Shown here piece after piece: positions 35,998 through 44,444 of a stretch of DNA of 52,875 bases (its first letter is position 1; each line of letters opens with the position of its first letter). The notes beneath the pieces were generated by a model, which saw only the letters and a list, made by a program, of their open reading frames with translations, ran no database searches and was not told where the DNA came from. The stretch is from a virus. Lineage: Duplodnaviria; Caudoviricetes. A program made the position numbers and the translations under genes. The stretch is taken from the IMG/VR virus record IMGVR_UViG_3300044478_000026, positions 1-52,875 of that record. One strand, written 5' to 3'.

Positions 35998-36378
35998 CTA
36001 GCGGTTCTTCCGTTCGGGGGCAGGTCCTCCGATGCCTCCGAGGACCGGCGGCAGCTTACCTTGAACCATCCCCGCTCGAAGCGTTTCGAGCTGCTCTGCA
36101 TGGTCGAGCAAGACGCTCGTGCGGCGAGTCAGGAACTGAAGCTGCTGGGTGAGCAGGTCCAACTCCTGCACGGTGAGGTCGTACTGCTTGGCCTGAGCGA
36201 GGGTCCGAATGCTCTCGGGGCGCACACACTCCTGCCGCACCCGGATCCGAATCGCCTCGTCGAACTCCTGCTTGAAACTCCGACGCTGAAACTCCCCGGC
36301 AGCCAGCCACACCACCACCAGCACGAGGATGGCTCCGACGAACTTCAGGAACGCGAACAGGACTTCTCTCAGCATCAC
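35998..36378 (-). CDS. Membrane protein (single N-terminal TM, helical), possible lysis accessory
   Basis: VLFAFLKFVGAILVLVVVWLAA; directly upstream of the endolysin. Confidence 0.6.
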   Translation of the reverse strand: MMLREVLFAFLKFVGAILVLVVVWLAAGEFQRRSFKQEFDEAIRIRVRQECVRPESIRTLAQAKQYDLTVQELDLLTQQLQFLTRRTSVLLDHAEQLETLRAGMVQGKLPPVLGGIGGPAPERKNR

Positions 36379-36677
36379 TACCTCCTCGGCTTGAGAGCCG
36401 CCTGAACGACCCTGAGCGCCTGACGCCCGGACTCCGTCCGACGAACTTCCCGGTCCAACAGCAGTCCCTCCAGCCTCTTCAGAAGTGCCGGGGGAGGTGG
36501 GAGGTGGATCTTACTGATCTGCGCCGGTCTGTCACCCGCCGGAGCCTTGATGCTCACGAGCCCCCAGTCATTCTCCGAGGTTGAGGCGTTCTCCTTGAAG
36601 CCCTTCAGCTTCGACAGCGCCTCCGCCCGGCTACGGCACAACACTCCGACAGCGGTCCAAGTCCTCGGTGTCCGCAT
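36378..36677 (-). CDS. Hypothetical protein
   Basis: GGAGG SD; coupled. Confidence 0.6.
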   Translation of the reverse strand: MRTPRTWTAVGVLCRSRAEALSKLKGFKENASTSENDWGLVSIKAPAGDRPAQISKIHLPPPPALLKRLEGLLLDREVRRTESGRQALRVVQAALKPRR

Positions 36678-36692
36678 CTCCCCTCCAGAGTT

Positions 36693-36974
36693 TCAGTCGT
36701 TGCCGCAGAGCGAATCCATCTCCGGTCGTACCATGAAGCACGGAGTCCCCTCACCGACCCACGCCCCGACGACGTTGAACTCGAAGAACTCCTCCGCCTC
36801 CTCGAAGCTCAACCCATCGCGGTCCATCAGGATGTCGATGCACGTCGCCCGGTCGTAGACCGCTACCGGCGGCTGCCCCGGTCGCTGCGCGTACCCCATC
36901 AGCGCCGCGTCGAATCCGTCAGCCAGCAGAATCTCGTCCACTTCCTCTTCAAGCCACGCGCGCGTTGAAGTCAT
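36693..36974 (-). CDS. Conserved-looking phage hypothetical protein
   Basis: LADGFDAALMG...AVYD...EEAEEFFEFNVVGAWVGEGTP. Confidence 0.8.
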   Translation of the reverse strand: MTSTRAWLEEEVDEILLADGFDAALMGYAQRPGQPPVAVYDRATCIDILMDRDGLSFEEAEEFFEFNVVGAWVGEGTPCFMVRPEMDSLCGND

Positions 36975-37014
36975 CGCGCGTCGAGTAGCACATAGGACCT
37001 GAATGGTAAACTGG

Positions 37015-37203
37015 TCAGCGCTGAGGATCTTTCCGGGTCAGCGAGCCGAGCATCTCGAAGAGTTGAGCCACCGTGTTCCACTTCTCTCCGACAGCCCACT
37101 CCATCGGCGCTTCGGCCTGCTTGATGACCCCGTCAGCGCCCACGACGAGTTCGAGCACCACTCCTCGGAAATTGAAGATCCACGTTGTGTCCGAGGGAGT
37201 CAT
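37015..37203 (-). CDS. Hypothetical protein
   Basis: Fills gap in operon orientation. Confidence 0.55.
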   Translation of the reverse strand: MTPSDTTWIFNFRGVVLELVVGADGVIKQAEAPMEWAVGEKWNTVAQLFEMLGSLTRKDPQR

Positions 37204-37212
37204 GCCCCCATC

Positions 37213-37449
37213 TTAGACCCAACCCTTGCCTGCGCAGGTAGGGCACACCTTGACCGAAGCCAAAGCCCAGCGCCCGTCGATGAGTTGGAGTTTTCCGCTC
37301 TTTCGGAGCCGCTGAAGCGCGCGATCCAACGTCTGGTTCTCGCTCTGTCCCGGCAGTCCGAGGTGCGCACGCATCTCCCGGTTCGACTTGGGACCGTGCT
37401 TCAGCATCTCCTCGACCGCCTCTTCCATGAACTTCCCTTTGATGGACAC
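37213..37449 (-). CDS. Small winged-HTH protein with C-terminal CPTCAGKG
   Basis: LDRALQRLRKSGKL...GRW. Confidence 0.65.
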   Translation of the reverse strand: MSIKGKFMEEAVEEMLKHGPKSNREMRAHLGLPGQSENQTLDRALQRLRKSGKLQLIDGRWALASVKVCPTCAGKGWV

Positions 37450-37460
37450 GTCGCTTCCCC

Positions 37461-39326
37461 TCAGCCGTTTCTCAGGTACTTCACGAAGCTCGTCGATACG
37501 AGCCGCACCAACTCATCCCCGAAGCTCTTCTCCGGCATCCTCCTCCAGTTGGTCGTCGGACCGAACATGAAGGACAGCATGTCGTCCCCAACATCCCGCC
37601 CGACGAGCACGCCCGTCACGTTCATCCCGAGCCTCCGCGCGTGACGAACCTCCTCACGCACGAACCCAGAGAGCGTCTTGGTGCCATAGGCGTTGCCCTT
37701 CTTGGAGACGTGCGTCGGAAACCCGTCTGTCAGGCAGATGATTTGCTTCGCCTCGGCTCCAGCCTCCATGAAGCGGTTGCAGACCCTCAGCGCGAGATGC
37801 AACGGGGTGTTGCCTGAAACGATGGCGTTCTTGGAGACGAAGGTGAAGTCCTTCTGCTTCGTGTCGAAGCGCGTGATGTCCAGCTCGCTACCGTGAATCG
37901 ACTGGAAGCCCCAGATGTGGAACTCGACGAACGGGAAGTCCAGCGCCTTCGCCAGAATCCGGCACGCCCGCTCCGCCTGCTTCGTCTTCGCCCCCGCCAT
38001 CGACCCTGAGCGGTCGATGAGCAGGATGACCTTGAACCCCCGTCCCTTCTCTTCTGCCTGAAAGCACGGCACTGGCTGTCGGGTAAGACGCGCCTCGATG
38101 TACGCAGGTACGTCGATGATGCTGCCCTGCTCGTGCAGTTCGTACTTCCGACGACCCATCACCCGGAAGAAGACCGCGCGCAGCTTCTGGACCGTGTCGC
38201 GGTCCTCCGGCGCGAGCGCCGAGTTGCCCGCCGCAGGAACGTCCTTCAGGTTCACCTTGCCGAAGGCGTTCTTCGTAATCCAGTCGTCCACCTCCATCTG
38301 CTGACCGAGCGCCTCGCGCGCCTCCGCGACGATGTCGTTCATCGCCGCTTCGGATCCCGTCAGGTAGTCCTCCAACTGCTTCGCGTCGTTCGTGTTCAGT
38401 CGCGCGACGAAGTTCGCCAAGTCCTTGGCGTGCTGCGCCTCTTCCTTGCGCGGGTACTTGGGCAGCTCCGTGTCGTTCGCCCGCATGAAGAGCGCTGACG
38501 GCGTGTCTGATTCCGCCACCAACCGCTTCATGCCCTCGAACCGTTCCGTCACGTCCGCCACCACTGGCTCGACGGAGACCACATGGTCCGCGCTCGGAGT
38601 TCCGCTGGGGTCTTGCGGAAGTCCTTTCGGGGGCGGCGGAAGCCCGCGCATCTCGCGGAGGGCCTCCGAAACGAGGTGCTGCACGAGCCACTTGGACACC
38701 GCGAGCGTGGCTCCAAACGAACGGCGCTTCACCTTCCCCATCGCCTCCAGCAGGTAGGGAAGGAAGCGGCTGTACCGCCCCGGAGGCGGTTCGATGCCCG
38801 CCGCAACGACGGTGAAGTAGACGCCGAGGCTCATGTGCGCCCGGTCCTTCCACTTCTGCATCTCCTCCCGGTGGCAGGCTTGCAGCAGCTCGTAGCTGCC
38901 GGGGTAGAGCAGCGCCCACAAGGACTCGCACCGGATGTCCTCCAGCACGCCCACCACGGCGTTGAGGAACTCCGCCATCTGGGACTGAACGCCGCCGAGC
39001 CCGATGGTGTTCGCCTTCTTGAGCGCGTCGTCGATGACCGCGAGGTAGCTCTCGATGAACAGCTTCTTCGCCAGCCCGTTCGACTGGAACAGGACGTGCG
39101 ACAGCTCGTGCTCGACAATCTGGTAGAAGTACTTGTGCTCGAAGGGCGCGATGATTTCGTGCCCGTCGGTCCTCGGTGAGTTCCCGTCCTTCAGCCACAG
39201 ACGTCGGCGCGTCAGTCCCGCGAAGGTAGCGACGGTCTTGTACGCCGCGCCCCTGATGTTCTCTTCGAGGGTCTTCCGGTAGAGCGCGTCGAGGTCAACC
39301 GCCTTCCCCAGCGCGTACTCGTTCAC
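37461..39326 (-). CDS. VWA domain protein (CobT/NorD-like) with N-terminal HExxH
   Basis: VEHELSH; LEDIRCE; MIDAS LIDRSGSM, GNTP, LTDG. Confidence 0.88.
   Translation of the reverse strand: MNEYALGKAVDLDALYRKTLEENIRGAAYKTVATFAGLTRRRLWLKDGNSPRTDGHEIIAPFEHKYFYQIVEHELSHVLFQSNGLAKKLFIESYLAVIDDALKKANTIGLGGVQSQMAEFLNAVVGVLEDIRCESLWALLYPGSYELLQACHREEMQKWKDRAHMSLGVYFTVVAAGIEPPPGRYSRFLPYLLEAMGKVKRRSFGATLAVSKWLVQHLVSEALREMRGLPPPPKGLPQDPSGTPSADHVVSVEPVVADVTERFEGMKRLVAESDTPSALFMRANDTELPKYPRKEEAQHAKDLANFVARLNTNDAKQLEDYLTGSEAAMNDIVAEAREALGQQMEVDDWITKNAFGKVNLKDVPAAGNSALAPEDRDTVQKLRAVFFRVMGRRKYELHEQGSIIDVPAYIEARLTRQPVPCFQAEEKGRGFKVILLIDRSGSMAGAKTKQAERACRILAKALDFPFVEFHIWGFQSIHGSELDITRFDTKQKDFTFVSKNAIVSGNTPLHLALRVCNRFMEAGAEAKQIICLTDGFPTHVSKKGNAYGTKTLSGFVREEVRHARRLGMNVTGVLVGRDVGDDMLSFMFGPTTNWRRMPEKSFGDELVRLVSTSFVKYLRNG
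38577..38588. promoter_or_regulatory. Dispersed palindromic motif copy 5
   Basis: GACCACATGGTC inside the VWA gene. Confidence 0.45.
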
Positions 39327-40204
39327 GCGATTGCACCCTCGCTGACCGCCACGCCGAAGATGGACTGGATTCGCTGCTTCACCGTGTTGCGGTCCTCGCC
39401 GTCGAACTTGCCGATGAGCACTCGGAGCGCGCGGTTGAGCCCGATGAGCGCGATGTCCTCGATGACCTGCTGCACGTCGCGCGGAGACAGGGCGTACTCC
39501 AGCGACTTCTGCCGCGTCTCGATGGCGAGCTGTATGACGCGGTCGATGATGCGCTCGCCGTCCTTCTTGTAGTCCTCGGTCAGCTTCTTCAGCATTCCGG
39601 GATCCACGACGCCGTCAAGAATGGCTTTCTCCTGCGTCGGGTTCGGGTAATCCAGCGCGAGCAGTCGGAACCGGCTCTTCAGGTCCTCGTTCAAGGCGTA
39701 GACGCCGCCGTAGACCGCTGTGTTCATCGTGCCGACGAACCACAGCTTCGCGCCGTCCTTCAGCTTGAAGACCTTCTGGCACTCCGGCACCTCGATTCGC
39801 CGCCGGAAGTCAGCCAGCCCGTTGAGCACCTTCTGCATCTGGGGAGCTAGCCCGTTCACCTCTTCCAGCACGAGGATGCACTGCCCGACCTCGTTGGCGA
39901 CCTCGAAGGCTGACGTCAGAGGTCCGAGGATGAACGGGGAGTCGTTGCCTCGGAGGATGTGATGCCCGATGAGGTGGCTGCGCCGCACGTCCTCGGAGCA
40001 GTCGAAGGTGATGATGGGCGACTTCACCTTCGCTGCGTAGGTCTGGAACGAAAGCGTCTTCCCGATGCCTTTCGGTCCAACCAGTACGAGGTTCGAGTTG
40101 AACGCCATCCCCTCGTACAACCCGTGCAGCCCGAACACGTCGATGAACTTGAGTCCCTCTCGCGGGGCGTACTCCGCCGCCGCCATCCGTTCCACGTCGC
40201 TCAT
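39323..40204 (-). CDS. MoxR-class AAA+ ATPase (CbbQ/NirQ/NorQ-like)
   Basis: GPKGIGKT, CSED, GPLT, LVLEEVN, GTMN, LNEDLKSRF, LSPR. Confidence 0.9.
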   Translation of the reverse strand: MSDVERMAAAEYAPREGLKFIDVFGLHGLYEGMAFNSNLVLVGPKGIGKTLSFQTYAAKVKSPIITFDCSEDVRRSHLIGHHILRGNDSPFILGPLTSAFEVANEVGQCILVLEEVNGLAPQMQKVLNGLADFRRRIEVPECQKVFKLKDGAKLWFVGTMNTAVYGGVYALNEDLKSRFRLLALDYPNPTQEKAILDGVVDPGMLKKLTEDYKKDGERIIDRVIQLAIETRQKSLEYALSPRDVQQVIEDIALIGLNRALRVLIGKFDGEDRNTVKQRIQSIFGVAVSEGAIA

Positions 40205-40226
40205 GTGTTTCCCCGGAAGGCGAGCG

Positions 40227-40790
40227 TCAGGACTTCGACTTCTTCTTGGACGGCTTCTTCGGCTCCTCGGTCAGAGGCTCCGTCTTCGGCTTCGCTGCCT
40301 CGGTCAGCATCTGCGACGTCTCCTCGTTGGGGTCTACGGAGAGCGCGTAGGACACCTTCCGCAGCGCATCGACGTCCGCCGCCTTCAGCTTCCCGAGTTC
40401 GACGAGGTAGTCGATTTTCGAGGGGTTGATGCGCTTCTCGGTCACCGTGTCACTCACGTCGTCGAGCGAGAGCCCGTTCTTCACGAGCAGGGTGTTGAGC
40501 GCACCCTCCTCCGGCATCTTCGCCACCCGCTTCTCGACCGAGGCGACCTTCCCGTTGACCTCGAAACGGTAGTGCCCCTTCTCGGTCGCCGTGCCGACCT
40601 GCTTCACGTCGTCCTTGAGCCGGGCGTTCAGCACCTCGCGCCGCTTCGCCAGCTTGTCCTGCTCGAACTGGATGGCAGCGTAGAGGTCCATCCGCTGCTC
40701 GATGTTCAGCTTCTCGTGGTCCGCGTGGAGCAGCTCTCCACTCAGGGCAGGCACCACTTCCGTCTCCACCAGCTCTTTCAAGGTCTTCAT
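40227..40790 (-). CDS. Hypothetical protein (coiled-coil N-terminus)
   Basis: AGGAG SD; promoter TTGACG-N17-TAAGCA at 40822-40850. Confidence 0.75.
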   Translation of the reverse strand: MKTLKELVETEVVPALSGELLHADHEKLNIEQRMDLYAAIQFEQDKLAKRREVLNARLKDDVKQVGTATEKGHYRFEVNGKVASVEKRVAKMPEEGALNTLLVKNGLSLDDVSDTVTEKRINPSKIDYLVELGKLKAADVDALRKVSYALSVDPNEETSQMLTEAAKPKTEPLTEEPKKPSKKKSKS

Positions 40791-40846
40791 TTTGTCTCCT
40801 CGGGTCCGTGTTCGGCGAATGTGCTTACCAGTAGCACTATGCTACG

Positions 40847-41080
40847 TCAATCCGGTTGACGTACCTTCCGGTGGTACTCCTCCGTGAGCTTCTTGCGACG
40901 AGCCAGCTCCTTCTTCATCGAGAAGAGGGCGTTGTTGAGATGGTGGTGCGCCATCTCCACATCCTCTGCTACCCCGGCTGGTGGAGTTTTCAGGCTCCTC
41001 AAGTCTGCGAGGTGAGTTTCGAGCCGCCGGAGGTCAGCCTCCGCCTGCTGGTAGCACTGCCAGAGAGTTTTCCCGCGCAC
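40847..41080 (-). CDS. Hypothetical helical protein
   Basis: AGGAG SD before GTG 41080. Confidence 0.55.
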   Translation of the reverse strand: MRGKTLWQCYQQAEADLRRLETHLADLRSLKTPPAGVAEDVEMAHHHLNNALFSMKKELARRKKLTEEYHRKVRQPD

Positions 41081-41225
41081 TTCGTTCTCCTGTGGTTCGT
41101 GGTGGTTCAGAAACCTTTGGGCCAGAAGCAGTGGTTCTCGTGCTCCAACATCACGGCGCGGAGCAGCTTCTGCATCTCCGAGTAGGGCACGTTCTGCTCT
41201 CGTGCTGCCGCGTGCATCGCCAGAA

Positions 41226-41564
41226 TCAGCGTGTCTTGCCCGCATTGCTCCCGGATGAGGTGCCGGGTGAAGGCGAGGAGGAGAGGGAACGCAATCGCCG
41301 AATCATCGCCTCTCGGTCGGAGTTGAAGAGCGTCGCGCTGCACCCCGCCCCGATTCCCATCGTCTCCTCCATCGCCGCCCGCAGCTCCGGCGTCCCGTCG
41401 ATGTACAGCCCGCAGCGCCACTGAATCCCCACCTGCCGCAGGTACGGGCAGCCCTTTTTTGTGTCCCACGTCAGTCCGTCCTCTCGCATCTGGTGCGCGC
41501 TGTAGCCGCACGGTCCGCGTCGGCACTCGAAGCCGCAGCCAACGCACTCGCCTCTGTCACCCAC
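41226..41564 (-). CDS. Cys-cluster protein (YkgJ-like pattern)
   Basis: CVGCGFECRRGPC...CPYL...CGLY...GAGC. Confidence 0.6.
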   Translation of the reverse strand: MGDRGECVGCGFECRRGPCGYSAHQMREDGLTWDTKKGCPYLRQVGIQWRCGLYIDGTPELRAAMEETMGIGAGCSATLFNSDREAMIRRLRSLSSSPSPGTSSGSNAGKTR

Positions 41565-41862
41565 CACTGGTCTTCTCCGCCCGCTCGATGAGGAACTCCC
41601 AGAATGGCTGCTTCGCGCCTTCGACCCAGCCCAGCTTCTTCGCCGCCTGCTCCAGCTTGGCGAAGGCGACGACGAAGTCCGCCGTCCCCTTGGACGCCTT
41701 CCAGTCCTTGATGAGACGAATGACACCGTCGAGCTTCTGAGCGAGGTCGCGGTACTCGTCGCCGGTCTGGAGGCGCTCCTCGGAGTAGAGGCGCTTCGCC
41801 ACTGCTTCGAGGGTCTGCACCTCGGTTCCCAGCACGATGTACGCAGCCAAGTCCTTGGGCAT
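41557..41862 (-). CDS. Hypothetical protein
   Basis: GGAG SD, ATG 41862. Confidence 0.65.
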   Translation of the reverse strand: MPKDLAAYIVLGTEVQTLEAVAKRLYSEERLQTGDEYRDLAQKLDGVIRLIKDWKASKGTADFVVAFAKLEQAAKKLGWVEGAKQPFWEFLIERAEKTSGG

Positions 41863-41864
41863 GG

Positions 41865-42278
41865 TCACTCCGAGTCGTCGAACTTGCGGATGCTGCGGAT
41901 CCAGCTTGAGAACTTGTGCGGCGGGTCGTTCGGCAGGTCGTTGTAGCCGCCGCCGACCGCTCCGTAGATGGTGCCCACGAGACGCTCGGCGCGCTCCAAG
42001 TGCTCCACGTCCACGAGCCAGCGGTCGATGTGCGATTTGAGAAGACCCCGCTCCGCTAACTGCAAGGCGTGGGTCTTGTAGGCGTCGTTGTAGTCCTTCA
42101 GCTCCTTCTCGAAGCGCCCGCGCTCGTGCTCCCACTGCGACTTCGCCTGCCGCTCGATGAGCTTCAGGTGCAGTCCGCACGACACGAAGGCGTCGATGAA
42201 GTCGCGGCACTCAACGAGGTGGTACAGCCGCTCCTTCACCTTGTCGAGCACGTCCTCGGACTTGATGTCGATGTTCAC
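41865..42278 (-). CDS. Hypothetical protein
   Basis: GTGA coupling. Confidence 0.7.
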   Translation of the reverse strand: MNIDIKSEDVLDKVKERLYHLVECRDFIDAFVSCGLHLKLIERQAKSQWEHERGRFEKELKDYNDAYKTHALQLAERGLLKSHIDRWLVDVEHLERAERLVGTIYGAVGGGYNDLPNDPPHKFSSWIRSIRKFDDSE

Positions 42279-42484
42279 AGCGGTCCTTCTCTTTCAGACG
42301 AGTCGTCCTCGATGGTGTTGTCCAGCGCGGCGTGCAATCGCTCCAGCATCCGCTTCGCTTCCCGAAACTTGGACTGACGCTGCGGACTCGTTTTCCTACC
42401 GGGATCCGCCGCGAGGACTTCCTCTAGCGCCCAAATGAGCGTCTTCAACGATTGAAGGTTCCCGACCTTGAAAAGCACTTTCAC
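42275..42484 (-). CDS. Hypothetical protein
   Basis: GTGA overlap with the ligase stop; AGGAG SD. Confidence 0.55.
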   Translation of the reverse strand: MKVLFKVGNLQSLKTLIWALEEVLAADPGRKTSPQRQSKFREAKRMLERLHAALDNTIEDDSSEREGPL

Positions 42485-43512
42485 GTCGGCTCCTTCCACA
42501 CGCACATCTCCGGCGTCTTGTCGGGGCGGACCCTGACGAACTGGGCGTGGCGAAGCGCGCCCGAGGCGAACCGCTCCCAGCCCATGAACTCGCAGACCAC
42601 CTTCCCGACGTACTTCTCCTGCAACAGGTTGTCGGGGCAGTTCTTCTGGAAGACCTGAGTCAGCTTCCCGTTCTTGAAGAGCCCCCAGAGCCCCGCCGGA
42701 GCCCCGCCGGGCGTCTTGCCGATGCCGCAGAGGACGTAGTCCTCGGTCAGCCGCTTCTTGCAGCGGTGCCAGAGGTCGGTCTTCCCGTCCACGCGCGGCG
42801 TGAAGTACTTCGAGTCGGCGCGCTTCAGCACGCAGCCCTCGAAGCCCTGCTCCAGCCACTCGTCGTACCGCTGGCGGAACTTGTCGGTGAAGTACGGCAC
42901 GAGCGGGAAGCGCGAGGCGCAGAGCGCGTCGAACTCCCCGTGGATGTTCTCCAGCAGCGTGCGCCGGTCCTTCCACACCAGCGAGCGGTGGTCCTGCGCC
43001 CCTTGCGGGAAGTCGAACAGGTTCAAGCGGCGGAAGCCGTGCTTGAGGTAGAGCTTCGTGGACGCCTCGGTCGCCGCCTCCAGTTCTCCGACGAGGACCG
43101 TCCCCTCGACGAGCGGGAGCGGCATCATCAGCAGGTCGCCCGTGTTCGCTCCACCGACGAGCCCGGTCTTCGCGTCGCGGCTCTTGAGCGAGTGCGGCAG
43201 ACCCTTCGCCGGATTGCCGACCGTGAGCATCGCCCACATGCCGTCGTGCTTCGGCTCGATGATCCACCCGCCCTGCTTCTCGAACTTCTCCAGCGTCTCG
43301 GGCTTCACTTCGAGGTCCGGTCCCAAGTACCACGGCACGCGATGCAGTCCGGTGTCCTTCTTCAACGCCTTGGCGATGTCCGGTGCCTTCGGGCACGCCG
43401 GGAGAGGCGCGACCTCTTGCTTCAGGAGCAGGTCAGGCACGTCGAGCTTCGACTGCGAGACCGTCTTCAGGTCGTCGAGCGACGCTCCGTTGAGGAAGTC
43501 CTTGAGAAGCAT
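42481..43512 (-). CDS. ATP-dependent DNA ligase (compact)
   Basis: EPKHDG, VGEL, LFD, EGCVLKR, LRHAQFVRVRPDK. Confidence 0.9.
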   Translation of the reverse strand: MLLKDFLNGASLDDLKTVSQSKLDVPDLLLKQEVAPLPACPKAPDIAKALKKDTGLHRVPWYLGPDLEVKPETLEKFEKQGGWIIEPKHDGMWAMLTVGNPAKGLPHSLKSRDAKTGLVGGANTGDLLMMPLPLVEGTVLVGELEAATEASTKLYLKHGFRRLNLFDFPQGAQDHRSLVWKDRRTLLENIHGEFDALCASRFPLVPYFTDKFRQRYDEWLEQGFEGCVLKRADSKYFTPRVDGKTDLWHRCKKRLTEDYVLCGIGKTPGGAPAGLWGLFKNGKLTQVFQKNCPDNLLQEKYVGKVVCEFMGWERFASGALRHAQFVRVRPDKTPEMCVWKEPT

Positions 43513-43514
43513 CG

Positions 43515-44051
43515 TTAGATCCCCGACCCCATGAACGCCTCAGCTTCCGCCTTCTCCTGCTCGCGGCGCTCGCGCATCCGCTTCTCGTAGGGGGTCTCCT
43601 TCTTCACCGCCTTGCCGAAGGGCAGGACGTAGATGACCGTGTCGGGGTTGCCGTCCCAGACGTACTCCATGCCGATGGACTTGCAGACCTCCGCGATGCG
43701 GTCCCCGATTTCTTTCGTGGTGAGCCCCACCGTCTTGAGCGGAGGAACCGGAGGCCCGTTGAAGTTCCAGCCGTCGCCCGTCACCTCGACGGGTCCGTAG
43801 CGCAGCGGAACCTCCACGCTCTCGCCTCGGTACTCCGCGCGCTCCAGTTCCTGCGCGGTGTACTGGTCCTGCGCGTGGTTGAAGATGAAGCCGAGACTCT
43901 TGAGCTTCTTGTCCTCGGGGTTCTTCAGGAGACGCTCACGGTACTCCGTGGCGATTTGCGCGCCCGCGCACGAGGAGCAGCAAGTGAACCGCTGCCGGGC
44001 ATCGAAGCCCGCCGCGCGCAGTGCCTTGAACAACGGGGTCAGTTCCTTCAT
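43515..44051 (-). CDS. Hypothetical protein (ARQRFTCCSSC...HAQD...WDG motif)
   Basis: AGGAG SD; ATGA coupling. Confidence 0.75.
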   Translation of the reverse strand: MKELTPLFKALRAAGFDARQRFTCCSSCAGAQIATEYRERLLKNPEDKKLKSLGFIFNHAQDQYTAQELERAEYRGESVEVPLRYGPVEVTGDGWNFNGPPVPPLKTVGLTTKEIGDRIAEVCKSIGMEYVWDGNPDTVIYVLPFGKAVKKETPYEKRMRERREQEKAEAEAFMGSGI

Positions 44052-44320
44052 GGCGTGTTCTCCTGTCCAAGTTCGACTTCGACACCCTGCTCCGTCTCGC
44101 GGAACAGGAACCTCGCACCGATGGGGCGGTTGAACCGAAACCGCTCCATGTCTTCCGTGTTGCTCGCGCTCTCCAGCGCCACCACCACGTAGGAAGAGCG
44201 CTCCTTCCTTGTCCACACGGTCTCGCTCCGGAAGTAGTCCGCGACGAAGGTCGCAGCGCAGCGCCGCGCGTTACGGCTCGGCGCTCCTTCCCACTTCCCG
44301 ACTCGCACCATGCGCTTCAT
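44048..44320 (-). CDS. Hypothetical protein
   Basis: ATG 7 nt after the -10 of the upstream promoter. Confidence 0.6.
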   Translation of the reverse strand: MKRMVRVGKWEGAPSRNARRCAATFVADYFRSETVWTRKERSSYVVVALESASNTEDMERFRFNRPIGARFLFRETEQGVEVELGQENTP

Positions 44321-44327
44321 ACGAATG

Positions 44328-44438
44328 CACTTAGTAATGGCATGGTGGATTGTCAAACCGCCCCTGTGACGCTATCTGTCAGGGGTCGCAGGTACAGTCG
44401 TTCGTCGCAGTGACAAACCCTTTCCCCATCGCTAGGTG
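44328..44438. promoter_or_regulatory. Divergent promoter region
   Basis: Minus: TTGACA-N17-TAAGTG. Plus: TTGTCA-N17-TATCTG on the same core, and GTGACA-N17-TAGGTG 6 nt before ATG 44445. Confidence 0.6.
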
Positions 44439-44444
44439 CCCGAC

